From NCBI GenBank assembly GCA_049472235.1, contig JBLIRI010000001.1, positions 1-62,461 of the forward strand: a stretch of 62,461 bases of DNA, given 5' to 3'. Positions within the stretch are counted from its first letter, which is position 1. Each line of letters opens with the position of its first letter. This document shows positions 37,357 through 46,388 of the stretch, piece by piece. This DNA is from Thermoplasmatota archaeon. Lineage in GTDB: Archaea > Thermoplasmatota > Penumbrarchaeia > Penumbrarchaeales > Penumbrarchaeaceae. The notes beneath the pieces were generated by a model. The model saw only the letters and a program-made list of their open reading frames with translations, was not told where the DNA came from and did not search any database. Made by a program: the position numbers and the translations under genes.

Positions 37357-39189
37357 CTAATTCACCCCCTTCTTTGATCTGAGGGCCTTTCCTATCCCGC
37401 CCACGAATCCCCCCCAGATAATACCGAGGGTGAAGAGCATGACGAAGACGGTCGCGGCCCCGAACTCCATGTAGAGCTCCCCTCCCTCCTCAAGAAGGAC
37501 CGTATGGTACTGGTTCGGAGCGAAGGTCGGCTCAGTCACCGATCTACCCTGGGTATCCACCAGTTCGAAGTAATAGTAAAGCTCCCTGTCCTTCGATATC
37601 TTGAGGACCTCGGCGGACAGGTTGCCGCTCTCGTCCTCGACGACCGGAGCCGTCATCCATTCACCGTCCCCCCACCTGTAATGCACCCTGGTCCTGTCCA
37701 GGCTCATGGGTGTGGGATATCCCTCATCAACATACGAGAGGTATAGCCTGGCTCCGTCCCTGGTCTTTTCCCACCTTGTCGAGTTCTCGTCGAAACGGAT
37801 GAAGCTCTCGTACGGATTTGCAGCGGCATGGCAGAGGTAGAGGGTCGGTTCGAGGTTGATCTGGCAGTTCTCACGGATCTCCTCTGCGGGTATGGTGTGC
37901 CTGGTCCCGACCTCGAAGGTGTACCCCAAGGTCCCGTACTGGGAATAGAACCAGTCATTGAACTCACCGGTCACCGGATAGAGCTCGTAGCCCTGCATCG
38001 GCCTGTACCCGTTCATCTCGGCCATTCTCACGCCGAGCTGCTCCAGGACAGCGGCATCCTTTGTCGGTTCCGGGGTGTTACCCCAGGGCCAGAGGACGAG
38101 CTGTGAATATGAATGATATGTGATCGCCACCGGAAATAGGTGCTCTTCCCCGAGCTTCCTCATGGCAATGGTCTCCAGGGAGGAGAAACCCCCGGCGGGG
38201 TCCTCGTCCACCTTACCGTCTCCGTCATTATCGATACCGTCCCAGGGGTCCTCGTCGACCCCCTCGTCCGGGCCGATGGGGATGTAACCCGGGCGCACGT
38301 CGATCGGGATCACGGCATCCCCGTCATCGTCCACGTTATCAGGCGGCCCCCTGTAGGAGCCTCCGCTTGTGACGACCACGTTCGAGCCTCCGGCCTCGTG
38401 CCATGCCCAACCGTAATTTCGATTGATATCGACACCGTATGAGACCGGGACAAGGTCGGGGTTTATCACCCCGCCGGGGCCGAATTCGCTTATATAGTTC
38501 GGCTCCCGGTTCTTTCTCCATCCCCTTTCGCTATCATGGGCATACTGGACCCCATCCGCATTGAGGATGGGTATGAAATAGACCTCCCTGTTGTCGACGA
38601 TGAAGGTCGCGATGCTTCCGTTCTCCGTATCCTGCCCGTAGTTCTGGACGAGGAACGAGAGGACGTAAAGGGGAACTTCGTAGGAGATCCATTCGTTGCC
38701 GTGATGCGCTCCGACAAGCAGGACGTTCTCCTCGACCACCGGCCCGCCATCGTCCTCGAGACCGGGGTCGTCAGACAGCTTTAGGCACCACAGGTCCCGT
38801 CCCTCGTAGGTCCTTCCGATGGACCAGAGCTTGACAATATCCGGCCGGGTCTGCTCCAGGAACTGAAGGTACTCGGTCATGGAATTGTAATCGTAATAGG
38901 TGGTGAAGTTGCTCTCCTCGAGTATCCCGTCCGGTACCTGAAGGAGCGGGGTTCGGGAAGGGGCGGGACCGCTCGCCCGCCCTGCCTCGCCGGAGCCCCC
39001 GTTCAGGAACAAAATAGCGGAGCTTACCAAAAGCACCGTTATTAAAATGGTCCTTGAGCGGGGCCCGGAAATTTGGGAGCCCTCCATCGGGCTGGTAAGG
39101 TAGCCTGGTGTTATATCGTTTTCGATATTCTCCTGGGAAGCCGGTTTTACGGCAATTTCGAGGGTCCCGGACCCGTCCGGAAAGCCCAC
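37357..39189 (-). CDS. M14-family zinc carboxypeptidase, membrane-anchored
   Basis: 610 aa; an alternative start MEGSQIS lies at 39087. Carries HHGNEW (HxxE), YHSYSQLVLWPWG and an acidic DxDxDG-rich insert. There is an N-terminal hydrophobic segment and a C-terminal TM. Confidence 0.85.
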   Translation of the reverse strand: MGFPDGSGTLEIAVKPASQENIENDITPGYLTSPMEGSQISGPRSRTILITVLLVSSAILFLNGGSGEAGRASGPAPSRTPLLQVPDGILEESNFTTYYDYNSMTEYLQFLEQTRPDIVKLWSIGRTYEGRDLWCLKLSDDPGLEDDGGPVVEENVLLVGAHHGNEWISYEVPLYVLSFLVQNYGQDTENGSIATFIVDNREVYFIPILNADGVQYAHDSERGWRKNREPNYISEFGPGGVINPDLVPVSYGVDINRNYGWAWHEAGGSNVVVTSGGSYRGPPDNVDDDGDAVIPIDVRPGYIPIGPDEGVDEDPWDGIDNDGDGKVDEDPAGGFSSLETIAMRKLGEEHLFPVAITYHSYSQLVLWPWGNTPEPTKDAAVLEQLGVRMAEMNGYRPMQGYELYPVTGEFNDWFYSQYGTLGYTFEVGTRHTIPAEEIRENCQINLEPTLYLCHAAANPYESFIRFDENSTRWEKTRDGARLYLSYVDEGYPTPMSLDRTRVHYRWGDGEWMTAPVVEDESGNLSAEVLKISKDRELYYYFELVDTQGRSVTEPTFAPNQYHTVLLEEGGELYMEFGAATVFVMLFTLGIIWGGFVGGIGKALRSKKGVN

Positions 39190-39331
39190 TCCTCCTGCAC
39201 CTCCGTCACCGTCAGAACTTCCTTTAAAAAGGAAAATGAAGCTGCACTGGAAATGCCCCCCAATATTGAAATATCACCATCATGATTAGGCCTTATCCCC
39301 GCGGATGGAATGATTTCTGGGGTAGTTCCAT

Positions 39332-40846
39332 ATGGGTGAATGGATACGCAAATTCTTCTCGGATAGCGTGAGCCAGTCCGGGATAAAAAAAGGGGAAGAC
39401 GCCTCAGGTCCGAATGTACCGGTTGTCGGGTCGTCGAGGGCAACCTTCAGGAAAGGGAGCCGATCGACCCGAAACAGCGAGCTGGAAGATGCAGTCGATA
39501 TCAGGACCGCTATCTCCGAACTTTTGTCGTCCCTCATCGACTCGCGGGACCTCGGGGCCCTGTCCCGGGTCCTGGAGGAAGGACTGCCGGCCATCGTCCC
39601 ATATGATATCGGCACCCTGAGATGGTCCAGACCGGATCCCTCCCTCGAGGACCAGAGGTTCCAGATGGAGGACGATTTTCCCGAAAGCATCGACCTGATA
39701 GCAAAGGGAAGCATCCTTGAAGGCTCCAGGGATGTCCAGATGCAGGGCCCTGTACACTGCGAAGCGGGGGGCATATGGAGTGGACACATGGAAGGAGTTT
39801 GCAGGGCAAGGACGATTTCCGGCGAGCCATTGATGATCAGGATGAGCTCGGGTCTGGTCGTTCCGCTCTTTTACGATGATGATGAGATAGGGGTCCTTCT
39901 GCTTTTCTCAACAAGGGAAGGGGTCCTTGACCTGCTCGGGAACGAACCCTCGCTGCAGATGGTGTGGAAAGGAATAGGCTCCACCCTTGGCAGAATGGTA
40001 GCTGCGATGGAGCTCCATGAGGACCTCCAGAGGACCAGAGAGCTTCTCAACTCCACGGAGGAGATCCTCGTCCTGTGGCGGGAGGTCGACCAGCTCTGGG
40101 AGATAGACTGCAATTCCAATGCCGAGAGGTTCTTCCTCAGGGATGCCATGACCCCGGAGATGATGGAAGGGCCGTTCTTCGCCCCTCCCGGAAAAGAGTT
40201 CGAACGGGCGATGGACGCCTGGAGGAAGGTACTGGATACCGGAGAAACCTCCATCGTGGAGCTGGAGCTCCTGTCTGTCGAGGGTGAGAAGGTCCTTTAC
40301 CTGTGCCTTTTATCGCCCTACGATCCCGACGGGGAAACAGTGGGTGTAAGGATGACCGGGATCAGGTCCGGGCTTGTGAAGAATGTCCTTCCCGAGCTCA
40401 TGGGGGGCCGAGTAGGGAATGGGACCGAGGATGTCGATGTCGCTTCCCTGGTAGAGGGGATCGTGAGGGAGCACAGGGAGGCGAACTGCTCTCAAGAGGT
40501 GGTCCTGGAGCAAGGGACCGGTGCCTGCGGGATCAGGGTCCATCCGGTCCTCGGGAGGGCGGTCTCAACACTTCTCTCGCATTCGGCCAGGAACTCGGTT
40601 CAGGGTAGAAGGTTATCCGTGGGCATGACCTCGGATGTCAGAGGAGTTACCATTACCATCCTCAATGATGGTGGTCCATCGGACATCCGCGAGGATCGTG
40701 AAACAGGCAGAGAGAACCTGGATGCGAACTTCGACCTTGTCACAGCTTACGGCATAGTCGAGCTTCACGGCGGAAGCATCATGAACGGGGGAAGCGATGG
40801 GAACGGGGGATCCTTCAGGATATCACTGCCCTGGACCAGAAGCTGA
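39332..40846 (+). CDS. GAF/PAS-type sensor protein with a degenerate HATPase_c domain
   Basis: 504 aa. The C-terminus resembles the histidine-kinase ATPase fold: VTITILNDGGPSD ... GIVELHGGSI ... GGSFRISLPW. No H-box was recognised. Confidence 0.55.
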   Translation: MGEWIRKFFSDSVSQSGIKKGEDASGPNVPVVGSSRATFRKGSRSTRNSELEDAVDIRTAISELLSSLIDSRDLGALSRVLEEGLPAIVPYDIGTLRWSRPDPSLEDQRFQMEDDFPESIDLIAKGSILEGSRDVQMQGPVHCEAGGIWSGHMEGVCRARTISGEPLMIRMSSGLVVPLFYDDDEIGVLLLFSTREGVLDLLGNEPSLQMVWKGIGSTLGRMVAAMELHEDLQRTRELLNSTEEILVLWREVDQLWEIDCNSNAERFFLRDAMTPEMMEGPFFAPPGKEFERAMDAWRKVLDTGETSIVELELLSVEGEKVLYLCLLSPYDPDGETVGVRMTGIRSGLVKNVLPELMGGRVGNGTEDVDVASLVEGIVREHREANCSQEVVLEQGTGACGIRVHPVLGRAVSTLLSHSARNSVQGRRLSVGMTSDVRGVTITILNDGGPSDIREDRETGRENLDANFDLVTAYGIVELHGGSIMNGGSDGNGGSFRISLPWTRS

Positions 40847-41665
40847 TCACCAGTGTCTGATGAACTTCTCCCTGACGGCCTTTTCGAATGACCAGGCGGT
40901 GAAATGTACCAGCATGTGGTCCCTTGCCACCTTTGATAGCTCCATGGCCTGATCGAGGGTGAGGTGGACCCCCCGGGAATCGGGGCCCGGTTCAGGGAAC
41001 GTCGCCTCGATGATGACAAGGTCGGAATCCCTTGCAAGCTCCTTGATCGGCGAAATGTCCCCCGTGTCCCCGGTATACACCACCGTCTCCCCGTCCTTGC
41101 TGAACCTGTATGCAAGTGCACATACGGGACCCCCGACCTTCCCCGGTCTGCTGTGGCGGTGTTCGGACGAGATGCAATAGATCTCGACCCCGCCGAGGGC
41201 CATCCTGCCGCCGGGGGTCATCGGGACCAGGTCGATATCGAAAAGAGGCCCCTCCCATAGATGATCGGTGAAATGGTCGACCATGGCCTCCACAGGATGC
41301 CCCCCTTCCGGGTAGATTATCGGGAAGGGGGCCTCCCGACCCAGGAGCTGCAGGAAGTTCAGCAGGGTCAGAAGTCCCGAATAATGGTCGTAATGAGGGT
41401 GGGATATGACGGCCCCGAGGATGGCCTCACCTGCCTGCTTGAGGTCCCTCCTGGGAAGTAAGTGCCCGTTCTCCCTCATATGCCTCTCGATCTCTATGCT
41501 GTCACGAACGCACCCGTCCCCGCAGTCAAGGATCATTCGGCCCTCCGATGTATCGAGGAAGAGCGTTGTCGAGAGACCGGCGGAGGAGTATCTCGTACTG
41601 ACATTGAACACCTTCCCGGTCCAGATCCTGACATGAGGGGGAGGGGGGAGATCGTAATCGGCCAT
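40847..41665 (-). CDS. MBL-fold metallo-hydrolase
   Basis: 272 aa with the VISHPHYDHYSGL (HxHxDH) motif. Confidence 0.8.
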   Translation of the reverse strand: MADYDLPPPPHVRIWTGKVFNVSTRYSSAGLSTTLFLDTSEGRMILDCGDGCVRDSIEIERHMRENGHLLPRRDLKQAGEAILGAVISHPHYDHYSGLLTLLNFLQLLGREAPFPIIYPEGGHPVEAMVDHFTDHLWEGPLFDIDLVPMTPGGRMALGGVEIYCISSEHRHSRPGKVGGPVCALAYRFSKDGETVVYTGDTGDISPIKELARDSDLVIIEATFPEPGPDSRGVHLTLDQAMELSKVARDHMLVHFTAWSFEKAVREKFIRHW

Positions 41666-41699
41666 GGTGCCCTAAGGCCTACCTTCATGAAAACCTTAT

Positions 41700-42809
41700 C
41701 TAACGGTATTCGGGGTACGGAAGCCCCTGCTTCCTTCGTCTCCGGATGTTCCTACGCGCTCTTTTTTTCTTGCTAACACAGACATAGAGGTCGGTCACGT
41801 TCTGGGACACCGACTTCTTGAAGGACGATCCCTTCAACATCCCCATCTTCTTCGCGTTGTCCAGAAGTTCGCGCCCTCTTTCGGTCCTTATGACCGGTGC
41901 CCCGAAGGTCAGGTCTGACAGCTCCCCGGAATAATCAGGGCAGAGATCGCACCTTCCCCATCTTGGACCCTTATTGACCCTTTTAAGGAAGAAGGCCATG
42001 TTCAACTCTTTGCTTCTAACTCCGCCGTCCTTCAAAGCTGCTTCGACCCGTACCTTTGTGGAGGATATCTTCCAGTATTTGAGACCGGTGACCTGCTCCG
42101 GAGAGGTCCCGACGAGGTCCGAGGCGGCCTTTCTCCAGCTTGCCTCGCTCATGTTCGGGGCCCCGCAGTTCAATGATATCAGATATCCAACCTTGGCCGT
42201 CAGGGATGTCGTCGCCGGGTAGGCCTCCATGTTCCTGAACGCCTGGACCTGGCAGGGGAGGCATACAAGGGCTGCATTTTCGATGGTTGCATCCTCCCTG
42301 ACCTTCGGTAGAAGGGTCAGGACCGAACTGAAGACATATTTTGAGGATGCAGCCGAGATCACCTCCTCTTCGGTCCGTGCGATAATCCCATTTCCCGTCG
42401 AAAGGCTGCCATCCTCCGCCCATTGCGTCAGAAGGGCCGCGTCGATCATGCCTGCCTCGAGCGCTGCGACCAGGACCGATGTGACCCTCCCGCCGTAATA
42501 TCCTACCTTCACGATCTCCCTGTTCGAGGACGTGAGCTGCTCCTTGTCCAGGTATATCCCGAGACCCCTGCCGAGGTCTCTTTTCCTCGACCTTGAAAAA
42601 AGTCGCTTCTCATGCCCGGTCATGTCAATCCCCTTACCCGGACAGATACCGAGGCAGGTCCCGCAATCGATGCAGTCCCCGGACAGTGCAATACCTTCAC
42701 TGTTGAATTCCAGTACCTGGACCGGGCAGGATGCCGCGCATCCTCCGCACCGCGTGCACAGACCCGGATCGATCACTTCCCTCTTCAGGTCATCGAAACC
42801 CTTACCCAA
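41700..42809 (-). CDS. FrhB/FdhB-family (coenzyme F420 hydrogenase/dehydrogenase beta-like) protein with an N-terminal 2x[4Fe-4S] ferredoxin domain
   Basis: 369 aa. CTRCGGCAASCP and CIDCGTCLGICP motifs precede GYYGGRVTSVLVAALEAGMIDAALL, which is typical of the FrhB N-domain. Confidence 0.7.
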   Translation of the reverse strand: MGKGFDDLKREVIDPGLCTRCGGCAASCPVQVLEFNSEGIALSGDCIDCGTCLGICPGKGIDMTGHEKRLFSRSRKRDLGRGLGIYLDKEQLTSSNREIVKVGYYGGRVTSVLVAALEAGMIDAALLTQWAEDGSLSTGNGIIARTEEEVISAASSKYVFSSVLTLLPKVREDATIENAALVCLPCQVQAFRNMEAYPATTSLTAKVGYLISLNCGAPNMSEASWRKAASDLVGTSPEQVTGLKYWKISSTKVRVEAALKDGGVRSKELNMAFFLKRVNKGPRWGRCDLCPDYSGELSDLTFGAPVIRTERGRELLDNAKKMGMLKGSSFKKSVSQNVTDLYVCVSKKKRARRNIRRRRKQGLPYPEYR

Positions 42810-42824
42810 AACGGCGCCCCCCCC

Positions 42825-45800
42825 TCAACCCTCGCCATCGATCCCTTCCTCGTATTCCTCGACGAGCGAGGCAATATCCTCTTCGTAAAGCTCATCTGCA
42901 CCTTCAAGTTCCATCATGACCTGCTCGTCGACTGGGCTCTTCCTGATGAGCATGAGGCCGAGGAACAAAAGAGCGATCACGGCAACGGCTATGCCTATCC
43001 CTCCCATGACGGTCTGAACATCCAGGGAGCTTCCATTTCCGTCCTTTCCACCGCCACCGACGATGGTCACGTTGAACTTGACATAGATCGTGTTGACGCC
43101 GTCGGATATCGCTATCCTTACATCATTGACACCAATGTGTTCCGAGGAGCCGTTGATCTGGACCGAACCGTCGGTATCGAACCATATGATGGGAGTGTTC
43201 GAACCGAAGGACAGAGGGTCTCCCTCCTCGTCGGTGACGTTCAGAACGACCCTTGCGGTCGCTCCCTCGTCAAGGGTCACGTCCTGGACCGGCTGGGCCG
43301 AGGGCGGGTCGTTCACGCCGACAACGTCGATCCGTAGGAGCAGGACCGACTCCGCCCCCGCATCATCCCTGATGATGACCTGGAACTCGTTATCACCCAC
43401 ATCATTTTGGACAGGGTCCCACGTGACCAAACCGGTGGTCCTGTCAACTGACAGGGTGTCCCCCCCGTAGTGGAACGAGAAGAGCTGGCTGTCGATATCG
43501 CCCCCCCTGAGGAGGAAAGAGAAAGGCTCATCCTCCAGGGTCGAGAGCTCGATGATGCCCTGAACGGCATCCAGGAAGAACGGGGGATCGTTCACGGGAT
43601 CGACCGTTATTTCGACGATCGTTTCGACGTAGGTCATCCCGTCAGTTACAGACAGGACAACGGATGCGTCCCCCCACCAATCCTGGGGGGGCTCGCAAAC
43701 AAGAACCTTGCCCTCCTCACCCATGTCCCTGATCCTTGCGGACATGTTGTCCGATGAAACGATGGAGAAGACAAGGTCTTCGGCCATGGTGTCATCATCG
43801 GTGACCATGGCATCCAGCGGGAGTGTGTTCATGAGGGAATCCTCGAGTATCGCCATAGAGAGGGGCCCGCTCCATCTAGGAGGCAGGTCGATCCTCAGCA
43901 GGGATTTGACGGGCTCGTCCAGGAATCCCGGAGGATACCTGTCCAGCGGGTCCATGATGATGAAAAGAAGGGCGTCGGCGCCGGGCGCCTCGAAAGGTAT
44001 GCTGGCGTTACCGTACCCGTCCACCTCAATTACACCAAGAGGCAGAACATCGGACATCGGGGTCCCGTTCAGATCCGGATCACCGTCGAAAAGCTGGACC
44101 TCGAGGGGTGCGGCAGTGAAACCAAGGTTGATCACGCTCAGGTCGATCAAGAGAGAGGTTCCCGGCGATGCCATCGATGACGGGCGCAATCGGCCGGAGT
44201 CGGCGCTGAACTCGAAAATGGGACCGGGGCTGCTGAAGCCGATCTTCAGGTGATTGTTCATGAGGTCGACCTCCTGGGAGGTCGAATCGACGTTCAGGGA
44301 GAAGGAGTGGTCGCCGGGCCTCACGGTCCAGTTGAAGGAGGTATTCATCGAAGCACCGGGTTCGATGTCTCCCAGCCGAAATGATGCGTAAGGTCCCGAA
44401 GGGTCCCCGCTCCCCCCTTCCAGAAGTATGTGCAGTCCAACGTTCTCGGCGGTCATCCCGCCCCTGTTCCCGACCTCCATGGTGACCTTCACAGGATCGC
44501 CAAGGGATGCATTGACCGGAGAGATCCCGTAAGAATCGGAAATGTAGACGTCCGAGACCGCCGGGTGGACGGGATACTTGTAGAAGGAATGGACCATGTT
44601 GTGGCCCGAGAGGGTCAGATTGATCCCCGAGGAGTCCCCGAGGTCCAGGGTGGAATTCACCCACCCCTGTGCGTTCCCGTTCAAAACTATGTACAGATCC
44701 TCGTTGTATATGGTGACCTGGGGGTACGGGACCGGGACCTGGTCGCGGTCGTAGACCCTGAACCTGACCGTGTGGTTCCCGGTATAGAACGTGGTCCCGA
44801 TCGCAGCGGTTCCCATGAACCTCCTTGCCTGGTCGGTGTAAACGTCCACATAGGGATCTCCAAGCAGGATGTAGGTATAGATCATCCCGAGAATGGTCTC
44901 CTTGATCTCCATGGTCGGGCTCAGCCATTTGCTCCGGTACTGCTCCTTCAGGAGGTACATCGTTCTGCCGGGATGGGTCTCCCCGCCGTTGAGGAACATC
45001 TTCCAGAACTCCTCATCCAGGTACCAATTGCCCCAGGAGAGGGTCGTTTCCTCCCCCCTTGCGGAGGTGCCGGTGGAGGATATCAGGCCGATCACACCGC
45101 CAGAGGGGGAGGTGAGCCATGTCTCCAGCGACTTGTCCTCCCAGAATCCGGTCTGGAAGAACTTCGCCGTGTCGCATGTCGATGCATACATGAAGGGCAT
45201 CATATCCCCGTTGGAGAAGAGTGAATGATCCGCGTAGCCAAGGGGCTCGTTCCAGTCCCAGTTGGTCCCGTTCCCGGTTGGCGGACCGTAATCGTTCAGG
45301 GCGTAGGCCTCGTACCTGGCCTGGCCCACGAAGTTCAGCATGGAAGCGCCCCCGTTGAACTCCGACAGCATGTTGGCCCGGGTGAGGGTGTCCCTTCCGT
45401 CATTCACCGTGTAATTGCCGCCCTCCAGCTGGGGATAGTCATACAATCCCTTGACCTCCAGATGGTCTGGCAGGTTGGATTCCACCCTCATCGCCACCTT
45501 GTAGGCATTGGATTTGTGGTCGAAATACCGGTATGGATCGAAATCCCGGTTCGGGGGCTCCATCAGCGAAGCCCAGTTCAGGAACCTGGCCATCCATGAG
45601 CCAAGTGGAGGGTTCTTTTCATATCTGAGGAGTTTCGCGACATAGTTGCCCGCTTGCACCTCGGTCGATGCGGGCAAACGCCCCACGACAATGTCCCAGT
45701 CTATGTCTCCCTCGATAGTACCGGAAACGGAGTATTCCCCGAACCTGCCGTCGCCGTCGTCATCCCAATCGGAATCGAGACCTGCGTAATACACATCCGA

Positions 45801-46343
45801 ATAGTAGAAGTTCTCGAAGGGCTGCCCCCTGTCGTATGCATAATGCCAGAGCGGCCTCGGCATGAGGTGTTCGGAATCAGCGACGATGAACAGCCACTTG
45901 AAGGTCGAGTGGTTCCGGTGCATCGCCCTGAGGAATCTGTGAACTTTCTGTTCCCGGTCCACGCCGGAGAAGTTGCCCTCTATTGATTCGATGGTGTATA
46001 CCCTCGAGGGAAGTCCGATCCTCGTCCTGTGGACCGCAAGCGGTATTACCTCCTCCTTGAATTCCTCCGGACATATTATCACGTAACTTGGACCCAGATC
46101 AGGGAAAACGGCGCCGAGAGGGACCTCTTCCGGGATCATGTCCTCCGCACGGCCCGGCGGCAGAGGTCCGGATTGTGCTTGTTCCGGGACTGCCAGAAGG
46201 GGGAAGAGAAGCAGGACCATCATCAACGATAACGCGGAAGTTCGACGAATGCGTCCAGACTGCCGCCGCTCTTTTGTTAGACGAGACATGTTCAGGCTCC
46301 CGCAAGTGCCATCTGATAGATGGAAGATATCCTTTTCGGTCAC
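42825..46343 (-). CDS. surface protein: C25 (gingipain-like) module, CARDB-like and cadherin-like modules, and a C-terminal TM with acidic tail
   Basis: 1172 aa; an alternative start MSRLTKE lies at 46289. C25-like segments: YVIICPEEF...VYTIESI, YYSDVYYAGLD...VVGRLPAS, STCDTAKFF. Several VNDPP motifs. The C-terminal TM is GGIGIAVAVIALLFLGLMLI. Confidence 0.7.
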   Translation of the reverse strand: MTEKDIFHLSDGTCGSLNMSRLTKERRQSGRIRRTSALSLMMVLLLFPLLAVPEQAQSGPLPPGRAEDMIPEEVPLGAVFPDLGPSYVIICPEEFKEEVIPLAVHRTRIGLPSRVYTIESIEGNFSGVDREQKVHRFLRAMHRNHSTFKWLFIVADSEHLMPRPLWHYAYDRGQPFENFYYSDVYYAGLDSDWDDDGDGRFGEYSVSGTIEGDIDWDIVVGRLPASTEVQAGNYVAKLLRYEKNPPLGSWMARFLNWASLMEPPNRDFDPYRYFDHKSNAYKVAMRVESNLPDHLEVKGLYDYPQLEGGNYTVNDGRDTLTRANMLSEFNGGASMLNFVGQARYEAYALNDYGPPTGNGTNWDWNEPLGYADHSLFSNGDMMPFMYASTCDTAKFFQTGFWEDKSLETWLTSPSGGVIGLISSTGTSARGEETTLSWGNWYLDEEFWKMFLNGGETHPGRTMYLLKEQYRSKWLSPTMEIKETILGMIYTYILLGDPYVDVYTDQARRFMGTAAIGTTFYTGNHTVRFRVYDRDQVPVPYPQVTIYNEDLYIVLNGNAQGWVNSTLDLGDSSGINLTLSGHNMVHSFYKYPVHPAVSDVYISDSYGISPVNASLGDPVKVTMEVGNRGGMTAENVGLHILLEGGSGDPSGPYASFRLGDIEPGASMNTSFNWTVRPGDHSFSLNVDSTSQEVDLMNNHLKIGFSSPGPIFEFSADSGRLRPSSMASPGTSLLIDLSVINLGFTAAPLEVQLFDGDPDLNGTPMSDVLPLGVIEVDGYGNASIPFEAPGADALLFIIMDPLDRYPPGFLDEPVKSLLRIDLPPRWSGPLSMAILEDSLMNTLPLDAMVTDDDTMAEDLVFSIVSSDNMSARIRDMGEEGKVLVCEPPQDWWGDASVVLSVTDGMTYVETIVEITVDPVNDPPFFLDAVQGIIELSTLEDEPFSFLLRGGDIDSQLFSFHYGGDTLSVDRTTGLVTWDPVQNDVGDNEFQVIIRDDAGAESVLLLRIDVVGVNDPPSAQPVQDVTLDEGATARVVLNVTDEEGDPLSFGSNTPIIWFDTDGSVQINGSSEHIGVNDVRIAISDGVNTIYVKFNVTIVGGGGKDGNGSSLDVQTVMGGIGIAVAVIALLFLGLMLIRKSPVDEQVMMELEGADELYEEDIASLVEEYEEGIDGEG

Positions 46344-46388
46344 GTGCGATACCTTGACTGGATGGGACCCGGGGACCAGCCTGATCCG

